DNA from: Gonapodya sp. JEL0774
Taxonomy: Eukaryota
Direction: 5' to 3'
Assembly: GCA_027604505.1 (NCBI GenBank)
Contig: JADIIX010000103.1
Span: 1-64,000 of the forward strand
Length of the DNA stretch: 64,000 nucleotides
Shown: piece by piece, positions 1 to 10,336 of the stretch
How positions within the stretch are numbered: position 1 is the stretch's first letter
Layout: every line of letters begins with the position of its first letter
Made by a program: the position numbers and the translations under genes
The notes under the pieces: generated by a model
Told to the model about the DNA's origin: nothing
What the model saw: the letters and a program-made list of their open reading frames with translations, nothing else
Database searches by the model: none

Positions 1-480
1 CCCTACTTTCCTTGATCAGACGGCTGAACTGTCTCACCTCCGATCTAAGGCCAGTAAGTTTCCCTCGCTCCACCTTCATCCACTTTACGTAACCGACTCG
101 CCTCTTCGCCAGGTTTCCCCGTGAGAATGACGCGGTGGGATTTCGGCTTCTTCGCACGTGAGATCCTCTTTACGCTCCCGACTCGCCTCTTACATCCACT
201 GTTCGTCTTCGTGTCCGCTCACCTCTGGACTCTTCCAATGCAACGCTCCGTGCACTCAATCAACTCTCCTCAGCTACGCACCCGCTAGGACGTCGCTTCT
301 CGATCCCAGATAGAGCGCTCTTACCTCGAGACGTAATCCGCGTGAATCCCACTCCTTGGGACGTCGACTAGCCTAGGTGGCTGATCAGAGCCTAACTTAC
401 AAATGAAACGACAAACTTAACGTTAGTCTCGCGATCCGCGGCACGCAAACGAAAAACTGGGAACCGCCTCGGATACTTCA
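1..480 (-). repeat. 3' LTR (partial, runs off the window edge) of the Ty3/Gypsy element
   Basis: On the minus strand the purine tract GGAGGGCGACAAGGGAGAAG (481-500) is followed directly by TG (TGAAGTATCC..., starting at 480), the usual PPT/LTR junction. It lies ~100 bp past the integrase stop. No matching second copy was seen in the window. Confidence 0.65.
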
Positions 481-500
481 CTTCTCCCTTGTCGCCCTCC
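481..500 (-). other. Polypurine tract (plus-strand primer) of the retrotransposon
   Basis: Plus strand cttctcccttgtcgccctcc = minus strand GGAGGGCGACAAGGGAGAAG, adjacent to the TG LTR start. Confidence 0.65.
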
Positions 501-576
501 GACAACTCCATTCCGACACACGTTTCTTCGCATCTTTCCAATTGTCCCCACTCGCTTCGCCATGTCATGCAAGTGT

Positions 577-3500
577 TCACATGTCCTCCTCGGACCCCTC
601 TCCCTCCTCGGCGAACTCATGCGCCGCGTCATCGTATTGTCCCCAATCATCTTCGTCAGAACCTGACTCGACATTGTCTTCAGCATATAAAACTGGCGCT
701 TGAGAACGAAGACCAGGTCTCCGATTTTGATCAGCGACTGGTTGAGGCGAAGATTCAAAAGGACGTGAAATGCCGGCCTCCGGTTGAAGATCAACACGAA
801 GTGGCTCGAAGAGAGAGAGATCGTCCAGCGGACGATTGTTGTTATCGTTGAGCTCAAGATCAGGGTTATTGTCACCGTCAATCACGGTGTCCCTTTCAGT
901 GAGGGGATACTCAGCGCCTACAGGCCAGAATAACTTCAATTGATCAGGTGGGAAAGTCCCACGTAGATCGGTACCGTCGACTTCGGTTAATCTCATCGAT
1001 CCGTTACGCAAGATTTCCTTCACTCGAAACGGACCACGCCATCGCATCTCGAGCTTACCAACAAACGATTTATCCGCTCGCATGTTATATCTTAAGACCA
1101 GATCGCCTTCGCGAATTCAAAGAGACTCTGGCCGCAGATTTCGATGTTTGGCAGATGTCCACTCGATTCTCCTACGACGTAGTTCTTGTGCAGCTTGCCA
1201 TTCGGTTTGCTCACGTAAACGAAGTTGCTCAAATCGAGCGGCTAAAAGATCTTCGTGTGACTTCACGCTCATCCAATCAATACCAATGAATGTCTCCCAT
1301 TGAAGATCGTAAGGAAGAACACATTCCGTTCCAAACATTAACTCATAGGGCGTTACGCCCGTTCCTTGTTTGACCGTGATCCGGTCCGCCCACAATGCAG
1401 TTGCGAAATGCTTCGGCCAATTGTACGGCTCACCAGCACATAACCTTCCCAAGAAATTCACGATGATTCCATTCGGTCGCTCAATTGGAGCGTTACTTTC
1501 AGAGTGATAGGCCGAGATTGTGAAGTGATGAAATCCGAATTGAGTTGCGAGACGCGATTTCACTCCCTTCAGCTGGTTCCCGGCGTTGTCCGTGACAATA
1601 CCTCCGATCACACCAAAACGACAAATGATTTCTTCGTAAAGAAACCGTTCAATTTGCCTCCCATTCGGGTCACCCCGGAACATTCGGCCTTCCAACCATG
1701 CGCTTAGTCCTTCTCGTAACATCAGCGCGCAGGTGTATCCGCCGTATCCGGCCCCGAAGGTAACAACATCCATGTACACTTTCCGCCATAAAGCTTGAAC
1801 CCATGTCGCTCTTAATGGTTCTTGATACCGCTTCGGATCCCACTTCTGGCAAACTTCGCACTCACGTACAATCTTCCGAATGACCCTTTCAATTCCTCCT
1901 CGAAACCAGAATCTCGCCGAGAAAGTACTCAGCGTCGCTTTCCAATTGCGGTGTCCAAATTCTTGATGCATAGACAGAAGTATCTCAAAGACTTGTTGTT
2001 CGTTCTTTAAGACTAATCGAGGTGCACGTGTTGCATCTTTCGGTCGCGTAAACAACTTCCCATCACGTAGATAAAACTTTCGTGCATCACGACGAAAACG
2101 AAATCGTTGTTTCGCATTCAAATTCTCCGGTAATTTCAAAGTCGAAAGGAAAAGTCCGATATCTCGATCGTACCCCTCCACAGAATTCTCATCAAACGGG
2201 ATCGCAACTTCCGCGATCATTTCCGGCGTCTCGTTCTTGTCAGCGGTGCCCACACTCTTAAACAAACATTGGTCCATCCAAATATCATCTAGGTCACTTA
2301 CTTCACTGTTCGACTCACTGTCCTCGTTTCGCTCGAGACGAGATAAGCCGTCAGCGACGGTGTTCTTCTTGCCCTCAACGTGTCGAGCTTCGAAGTTGAA
2401 AAGAAGAATGTAGGCAACAGCTTGTGTGAGCTGTGCCGACGGTAGATCTGACGGAACCTTGTTGATAATCTGAATAAGACTCTGCGAATCGCTAAACAGA
2501 ATGAACTGTTTCGCATAGAGATATCCTGCGAGCTTCTTGAAAGAACGCGATGTAGCTAGCGTCTCGAGTAAAATGGTCGAGTATTTTACTTCTGCTCCCT
2601 TCCAGAGTCCGGAGAGGAAGCGACAAGGCCGAAGTCTCGACTGCTCGTCTTCCTGACCCAACCACGATCCCCACCCCCGGTTGGACGCATCAGTCCAAAC
2701 CTGGAGTGGTGGCGCCTCATCATTGCAGTCTGGTGCCTTCAAAACAGGTGCATGCGTAATTGCATGTTTCAATTCATCGACTGCCATTTCCATTCGAATG
2801 CGATCCATGATCGCATTCTTGCGCAATCCTTCATAAAGTGCTTCCGCCTTCAACGAGAAATACGGAATCATCATCCAGTAAAAGATTACAACTCCCAAGA
2901 ACATCCGGATCTCCGTTGGTGTCCGTGGGTACGCAAGTTTCAAGATTGCGTCTACCTTCTTCTCTTCAATCCGTCGACCATCAACATCACAGACATATCC
3001 GGTGATCTTAACTCCACGACGCGCGACTTGCAACTTGTGTGCAGACACCGTGAGGCCAGATTCCGCCAATGCTTCAAGTGATTCTCTTAAGTCCTCCGCA
3101 TGTTCAAGAACAAACAGACGGACCCCCGGTATGTGACTCAACGTGTCACCGTACCTTGACTTGGGGCCCGCCAACGGCAGATCGTCAATGAATGGATACA
3201 TGCGTCGAATCTTACGCATGACCGCCGACATCCTAGTTTGAAATTCCGCCACGGAATTCGCCATTCCTTGCACGAGTCGCGCCCACCTTATCTGACCGAT
3301 CACGGTCTGAATTGCAGTCTGATTCCTCATTCTCGGATCCACAAGCATTTCATCGTAGCCAGAGAACAGATCTAGAATCGACACAATGGCAGAGCCAGCA
3401 AAATATTCTGAGTGTAGATCTGCTGATGGTGGTCGACCCGAGTTCTTGTATTGATAAGAGTTTAATTTCTGGAAATCGATAATGAACCTCCATTGATTGT

Positions 3501-4359
3501 CGATCGGTTTTGATGCGTCAACGTTCTTCTTCCGTATGAAGAAATACGGGTTGTTGTACGGTGATGCAGCGTATTCCGCCACATGTGCGTCTATCTTGTG
3601 GTTAAACAAAACAGTTTGCACCTCTGCGAGTGTGCGGTTAGGTTGTCGGAACCCCACATCCCACGGCTCGTGAGGCGCCATTTCCCACGTTACTGGTTTA
3701 TACCAGTCTGAACGTAGACAACCCATTTCGCTGATGTCAAACGCAATCGCTTTTCGATTCTCAAAGAAAACTTCCATGAAGAGTTCTATCTCTTCAGACG
3801 ATAAATCCATTCCTACTCCGATTGAACTACGGAGAACGACTTCTCTTTCGGGCGTCCATTCACGACACCCACGATTTTCCCACCCTTGTGGCATCGCCAC
3901 TTCAGGCATCTCCTCCGTCGGTTCTCTCGTAATTCGATTAACAGGGTCACTCACGTCTTTATTCACCGCACGAACCTTTTGGTCTTTGCGTTTATACGCT
4001 GTTCCAATATTGAAGACCTTTCCACGTTCCGCTAACTCTTTGATCCGATTCATTTCTTCCAAAGTAAGACTTATCGACGGTCCATAGAACAATTGTCGCC
4101 CTTTTGGACATTCGAATATTGAAGGGAGTTGTTTTGCGTGGTAGACTTCACATTGAATACGTTCATCTTTGTTGGGCGGTTTCTTCTGACGAGTTGCAAC
4201 CTTGTCCGCCATATCTGCTAAGAGATGTGAAATAACAGTAACCTCAGGAAATTCCTTTCGGAATTTCCTCTTCTTAACGCCGTGACCTCTGATCACCCTC
4301 TCCGAACACCGGAAGAGTGCATGAAAGAATGGAACGAGCATTTGAAGAGACGCGATCAA
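577..4359 (-). pseudogene. pol: Gypsy pol (RT, RNase H, integrase) with one in-frame TGA at 1117-1119
   Basis: RT: WRFIIDFQKLN, LDLFSGYDE, QGMANS, YPFIDD. RNase H: WTDASN..ETLA..SDS..ADGLSR. Integrase: H-x4-H..CEVC, YMD..TDN..IER, and a GPF motif (RWRGPFRV) in ORF 577-1083, which is in frame with ORF 1117-4359 (NLRPESL*IREGDLVLRYNMRADK). Confidence 0.93.
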
Positions 4360-5103
4360 GCGGCCTCGTTAAAGGAATGGTTCGATGAAGTAGGACGTAA
4401 GGTCCACAAGTTGATCACGGAGGATACGATCACGAGGACAAGTGCTAAGCTGCAGGTTCTCGGAGCTCTCGATCGCGAGGAGCAATTGAGAGCAATGATG
4501 GGTGCCAATGCGTTCGGGATTGCAATTGAAAAGTTGCCTATCGCGGATTTTTTCAAAGTTGTTCGTGAAGCGTGTGGAGATCTCAAGGAGATCAACCCGA
4601 AAGTGGCGGCAATTTTGAAGCCTAGTGCTTCTGAGAAGAAGGTACCGGAGAAGAAGATCCCGTCGTTCGAAGAGATGAAGGGTCGATATCTCGACCTCGT
4701 TAATGCTGCACTCGTGTCTGTTGATCCCGAGGCGGATCTTCGATCTATTAACCTGATCAAGTCGGCATTAGTCGCAAACAACACAATCTCCACACCTTCT
4801 TGGCAGACTGATGGGTTGCAAGCGGAAACGACAACTGGTGACAGCGAGACCACCGCGCAAAAAGAACAAAACGAACAATCAGACGCTACCGCTTCCGGAA
4901 AAGCGCACCCTCTCGTCGTCCCCATCATGTTGACGGATTGGATAGGGCCAACAGAGGAAGTGAGACAGTTGGAATTGACAGAGAGGGTGACATTTACAGT
5001 GACTACATTGTGCCCGCGATTGTCAGTGGATACGTTCGGTTTAAAGTTTTTTCGCCGCCGGCGTTCCGGCCGAACATACCTGAACATCAGCAATTCCACT
5101 TGA
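4282..5103 (+). CDS. Orphan intronless ORF (273 aa), antisense to and overlapping the 5' end of pol
   Basis: Long ORF with protein-like, helical composition; frame open from 4231; no family recognised. Confidence 0.4.
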   Translation: MTSDHPLRTPEECMKEWNEHLKRRDQAASLKEWFDEVGRKVHKLITEDTITRTSAKLQVLGALDREEQLRAMMGANAFGIAIEKLPIADFFKVVREACGDLKEINPKVAAILKPSASEKKVPEKKIPSFEEMKGRYLDLVNAALVSVDPEADLRSINLIKSALVANNTISTPSWQTDGLQAETTTGDSETTAQKEQNEQSDATASGKAHPLVVPIMLTDWIGPTEEVRQLELTERVTFTVTTLCPRLSVDTFGLKFFRRRRSGRTYLNISNST

Positions 5104-5567
5104 ATCGATTCAGTTCTCTTATTCGGAATATAACGGAATCAAAAGAAATGTGCGCCGTGTGTGGACAACCGTTTGCTCAAGGCGCTGATGATACCGACGT
5201 TGAAGTCGTAGTGGCGCCTCTTTGGAAATATGTTCGATGTGCTCCCTCTCCACGAATCACACCAAGTGAAGCCTTGAAAAATCTCTGGAGCTACGAAGAT
5301 CATCCAGCTGCTGCAGATTTGAATGGATTGGTAGTGGACTGGTACGGATTTATCCCTGCACCATGTAGCAGTTCCATGCCTACAAAAGATTCGAGTGTAC
5401 ATATGCAAGGTTGTGGAAAACAGAAACGGAAAGAAATCACTTATGATAATGCTACGTACAAATGGTTACTGAGGGCTTGCTCTGGTTGTTACAAGGACAT
5501 TGTACAAAAGAAAATTTGTTGTAGGTATTCTTTAGCAATGGACTTTTCCGAGGACCATCTGAAGTGA
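4938..5567 (+). CDS. Orphan Cys-rich ORF (209 aa) with two CxxC pairs, possibly Zn-binding
   Basis: CAVCG and CSGC motifs plus further Cys; overlaps the previous ORF in another frame. Confidence 0.4.
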   Translation: MDRANRGSETVGIDREGDIYSDYIVPAIVSGYVRFKVFSPPAFRPNIPEHQQFHLNRFSSLIRNITESKEMCAVCGQPFAQGADDTDVEVVVAPLWKYVRCAPSPRITPSEALKNLWSYEDHPAAADLNGLVVDWYGFIPAPCSSSMPTKDSSVHMQGCGKQKRKEITYDNATYKWLLRACSGCYKDIVQKKICCRYSLAMDFSEDHLK

Positions 5568-5610
5568 TTGGATGTGAACAACTACCAATCTTGACTACAG
5601 CAGAGGAAAT

Positions 5611-5817
5611 TGTTATTGCGAGAAACAGATCTTGCTTTGTTTCCTTTCACTGTTATATACAATAGACCTTATCTTTCACACGTATACCCACACTGACACT
5701 GATCCTTTATCCATTCTGAGGAAAAAATTCTTCGTCCGTACCACCGCTGCGCGGGCACGACTTAAGTTTCGTATATTACGCTCCACACCAAGTTACCCAG
5801 GTTTTACATACATAACA
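5611..5817. repeat. Possible second, unrelated LTR-like segment (TGTTAT...ATAACA)
   Basis: 6-bp terminal inverted repeat TGTTAT (5611, alternative 5651) / ATAACA (5812-5817); no TSD and no second copy seen. Confidence 0.25.
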
Positions 5818-5918
5818 TCTCTGCATTGCTCAAATTTCATGTACATTAGAGTCAATTCGTGAACAGCTCACACCAAGCACATTTGCTTGGGTGGAAAACT
5901 CCAACGCTGCACATTTGG

Positions 5919-8692
5919 TCACTTCACCTCCATTGGTCTCGCCATCTCCAGCGGCATTCCCGAAGAGTCCAGAAATGCTTGGAACGTAGCACCTCGAAGA
6001 TCAACCTTCTTCCTGAATTCCACTACACGAGAAATGGGTAAATGTACAAACAAACCGTTTACGATGCCTACGATGCAGTCGGTTTTCCCGGCAAGGGCGC
6101 AATGAGCGGCAGCTTGGCCCAGTTGGAGGGAGAATGCAGCATCTGACGCATTTACCACCGCGGCGCGGATCTTCGTGGTTCGGTGTTTTGTGGTTTGATG
6201 GAGATCAAGTGTGCGGGGGTGCAGAATGCACAATTCCGAAGTGAGTGCACCGCCTCAAACTGGCTATGCCCCCGAACTCACAGTGTAAGATGGATCTATG
6301 TACTTTATAGAATGTTCGACCCCTCTTGCCTTGAGCTGCTTGCTCAGCTCCGTCTTGAGCCACACTCCTATATCACCGTAAACAGCGTTGCCAGATTTGT
6401 CTGTCCCGAGGCCCGTCGAGGGGGTGCAAAGCTCCTGTTGGGGTACCATGGTGGGCCGGGTAGTCAACGTCTACCGAAGCCAAGGTCCACAATCACCAAT
6501 TTCCACTGACCTGTCCCGCCCCCTCCGCCACTACGATCAAAACATGGTCACGAACCGTGTTGGACATGCCTCGCACCGGCTCGGAAAATCGCTTGGCACA
6601 AAAATTGACGACCCTTTTAAGAACATAAATGACCCGAGCTTTGTCAACCGAGAGACACAAAGACAAGGCCTCCACGATTCTCCACTACTCGCGCCACAAC
6701 CAGCCCGACAAACAAACACACACTAAACTCACTGTTCTATTTTCCACTCCATCTCAGGTAGCAGCAGCAAATTGACATCTCCGCTCCCCAACGCCGCGTG
6801 CAGTGCGATGAACCCTGAATCCCGTCCCATCAATTTCACAATACCGACGCCATTTCGAGCTCCACGGGCTTCCTCATGTGCAGCGGAGAGAGGTGGTTGT
6901 GCTTGTTCGACGGCTGTTTCGAAGCCGAAAGTGCGGTCGCAGTAAGCGAGGTCTGTCGGTGTGGTGACGGTGAAATGCGGAGTTAGTGTAGGAAGGGGTC
7001 GGTGAGTCGGCAAGAAGTGAGGGGAGAACCAAAAAAAAGAGTGAAAGAAGTGGGCAAGCTCCGTACCGTTATCTATGGTTTCTGTGTTGCGGAGGAGGAC
7101 GGTGGGAAGAGGATGTGAGCAGATCTGGTGAGGACGACACCAAGTGCACGGAACGTCCGCAACCACGCCACCGCACTCGCGCACCAGGTGGTAAACAGTT
7201 AATCTCGTTTCTCGGTTCTATGACTCCTCGGCAGATAGCGGGGATTCAAGTTGCTGTGGTCCCACCTCACCCATTCCCCTCTTTCTTAACCTGGCGACAA
7301 CCTTCGTAGTTTCTTTCCTCCATGGCATCCCTAGGTCCCGTAAATCAACTCACTAGGCACGCCGACCACGGAAATCTCATAGCCTTTCCTCTCACATGCC
7401 TTGTATATCGCTTTTGCACCCTTTTGGGTACCATCTCCACCAATAGTAAACAGGATACGGATGTTTTGTGAGGCCAGGAAGGAAGACATGACCTAAGCGA
7501 TTAGAAGGAGGAGTAGGTTTTGGAAAGGTGTGAAGGCTAGCGACACACATCGAAGCAACACCACGCCGAGGCCTGCCATGACGCGCCACCGTTCCAAACG
7601 TTTAATATTACAACCCACCTCTGGATCCTGACCACCCCTGGACGACCCCAAAATCGAACCGCCAAAGTTGTGTATATCGCGCACGACCCACGGGTTGAGA
7701 ACAACGGGGATGGATGTGGTGGGGTTCAGACCCTCGTAGCCATACTTGCGTAGGAGTGGGTGGCAGGTTCGTGGAAAGTGAGTGTTGGATGAAAAAAATA
7801 TGTCACGCGCCATATTGGGAAGAGTGGAGGGCGGGGGACTTACTTTGTAGCCAGTGACTTGCGGGTTGAATTTGAAGGGGTTGGCATGTTTCGTGTGGTT
7901 GGTGGTTATGTGATGGCGCGCGCGGTGAGTAAACAAACATGAGTCATCAAATACAACTCTCTGAAAGCATTTGGTGCCCGAGAAGAAGTGTCTTCTCTAA
8001 TGATGGCGGCTGCCACTGCCGCAAGCGCCGATCTCACTCTCTACTCGGGCAGATACTCACTATTCTGGACTCCGTAGCGGTACCACAAGGTATTGATTAG
8101 CCCTCTAATGACGTTATTTAATCCTGGGCAAAGTCCACCACAGGTGACGACAGCAACTTTTGTGGTTTTGGGGTCCCAGTAGAGTTTCGCACGTGGGCCG
8201 GCCTTTTCAACCAGAGGCGATGCAAACGAAGTGTCATAGAGCGGAGAAGGAGAGCCATTGCGACTTGGGTGTATGCGGGGGAAGGTGAAGGCGGTTGAGG
8301 AGGGGGATGATTCGGATGCACTTGTAGGGGATGAAGGAGCGCCGTTCGAACCATTTGCGATGGGAACTAAATTGGCATCAGTCGGTCCCACTGCTGGCGG
8401 GTGGACAGGGGTGGGCGCAAGAATATGGGATAGGGGGGATGGAGACTCGGGCACACGAACAAGTTTGAACGAGGGCTGTAGGACAACCACATCGTCGTCC
8501 GAGACGAACGCTGACAAGTGGATTGACAAGAGCAAGATTCATGTGGAAATCAAAGAGCTGAAGCTCAATGGTTTGAGAAGAAAACGAACCATCGCAAGGA
8601 AGTGGGCTCGGGAAAGTGCATTGTCCGAGGGACCGAATTGCGAATCCCTCGCTTGTGTTTGCTGGGACGGTGTTTGAGGTGTTGGCGGTCAT
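5919..8692 (-). CDS. ATP-dependent 6-phosphofructokinase, clade X (PPi-PFK-like family), multi-exon
   Basis: Exon peptides: EKAGPRAKLYWDP, VVTCGGLCPGLNNVIR, GGSILGSSRGG, LFTIGGDGTQKGA, VVGVP|KTIDN|D, TFGFETAVE, VKLMGRDSGFIA, IVVAEGAGQ, KYIDPSY. Single (non-duplicated) PFK domain. Confidence 0.93.
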
Positions 8693-8817
8693 ATTTCTTT
8701 GAGTGTCTGAAGCGACGCGTGTGAATGAATTGGTAAGTACTGTACTCCGCGGTTGATCTTACGTCTGCATGTGAGTCATCAGAATGAGCACGTTAATTCG
8801 TTTGCTCCCACCTGCCA

Positions 8818-10336
8818 ATGCAATTCACTTTAAAGACTGGTTGAGTTTAAACAATTCGACACTCCGCATTTTATGAATTTACTATGATTCCGTGCAGATT
8901 TTTATGCCATCACTCACTCACCGGCGGAACCAGCAAGAACTATCTATCGTCCCACTAACGAACAAGGAGGAATCACTCGAAAAGGCCCCTTCATCATCCC
9001 CCCCGAACTCCTTGCACATATTTTTCGCTACCTCTGCGCAGACAAAGACCTTGCCAGCTGTGTTGCGGTGTGGTGAGGGCTGCAACAGCGTCCCCAGCGC
9101 CGAAACTACTAACAAATTCCAAGTACATTACATAGTAAGCACTGGCACGACCCCGCGCTCACCTTCCTCTGGTCCACTTGGACTCTGCGCCCAGCTCCCC
9201 GGAGCAGGCTTCATCTAAATACCTTTCGAAACATGCTTTTGCACAATCCCGCGCATCTTCACCTCATCAAACCCACAAAGATCCACATTACCTTTAGGGG
9301 ACGTATGGTGTCCCAGGATGACTCTGAGCTGATTTTACTGGCAATGAAGCATGTTGTGCCATTTGTGACTGAGTGGTGGATCGAACCGCCGAAGAACGTG
9401 GGCTTGTTTGATCAACTCTGTCAAATCATTGTTGGATATGGCGGCGTTTCTACTGCTTCTTCGACAGGGGACGCTACGCTATCATCTCCCGGCGTAAGAA
9501 CATTACTTCTTGACAAACTTCCCATGGCTTCCTCGCACCTTGTTGCTCAACTGCTTCACTCGTGTACCAAGCTCTCTCGACTTAAATTCCGCTTTGATGT
9601 TGGTAAGGTGCCGATTCCTAAACACCTTCGTGACTCTTTGCATCACCTATGGTGCCGGTGGGACGACATCGAGGATACCGCGGTGATAGGAACACTTACG
9701 CTGCTTGAGAGTTTGTCGTTGGAAGGCACTCGTACTGCTACCACACGTTTCGTTACTACCATTGCTAATCTCGCCAAGCTCACGTCTCTCCGCTTGGTTG
9801 ACTTTGGACAACGATTCTTGGCCCACGTCCCTCTGCTGCTTAACTCTGTCGGCACCAATCTCACGGCACTCGACCTGTCCTGTGATCGAAACACGCCCGG
9901 CACCCTTTCCTACACGTTGATCGAAGCCATAGTAACCCATTGCCCAAAACTACAGTACCTTGCGTTGGAAAATTACCACTCCGTTCCAATCATGGTACCC
10001 CTCCGCTTCCTTTCCTCCTTACCAGAGCTTCGTGGACTGAACCTTTGTGGGACAAATGTGGTACATAATAGGATTGGAAAGCACGTACTGGACCACATTG
10101 CATCTCAACATGGTCGGTCTGCACCCTTTGACTTATACTTTCGCTGGGGCGATGATCCTGGGGACTCAGAAGAAGAGGACTATGGGAATTCAAAAGAGGA
10201 GGCAATGGAACCGTGGCAGAATACACAGCTCGCTGGGTGTGACCCGTTAGGGTATTTTGAATGTGTGAAGTGGACTGATGACTGGAAGATGGTGTTGATG
10301 AGGTCAGGAGAGAACGACGGGGAGTTTTGGTGGTAG
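8818..10336 (+). CDS. F-box / LRR (RNI-like) protein
   Basis: Spliced N-terminus gives IPPELLAHIFRYLCADKDLASCVAVC (F-box, ~8995-9072). The last exon has LxxLxL repeats (LESLSL, LTSLRL, LTALDL, CPKLQYLAL, LRGLNL). Confidence 0.8.

Larger units (their letters stand above)
1..4359 (-). mobile_element. Ty3/Gypsy (Metaviridae) LTR retrotransposon, 5'-truncated (no gag or protease seen)
   Basis: Domain order RT-RNaseH-integrase, then PPT and LTR; intronless and compositionally distinct from the flanking intron-rich genes. Confidence 0.92.

Noticed and set aside
4356..5099. 247-aa minus-strand ORF directly upstream of pol as a candidate gag
   Set aside because: Ser/Phe-rich composition typical of an antisense shadow of the plus-strand ORF; no capsid, CCHC knuckle or protease motif
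5735..5770. GC hairpin plus CTTAAGT as a Helitron 3' end
   Set aside because: Stem is only 4 bp, there is no CTRR terminus, and no Rep/helicase sequence is nearby
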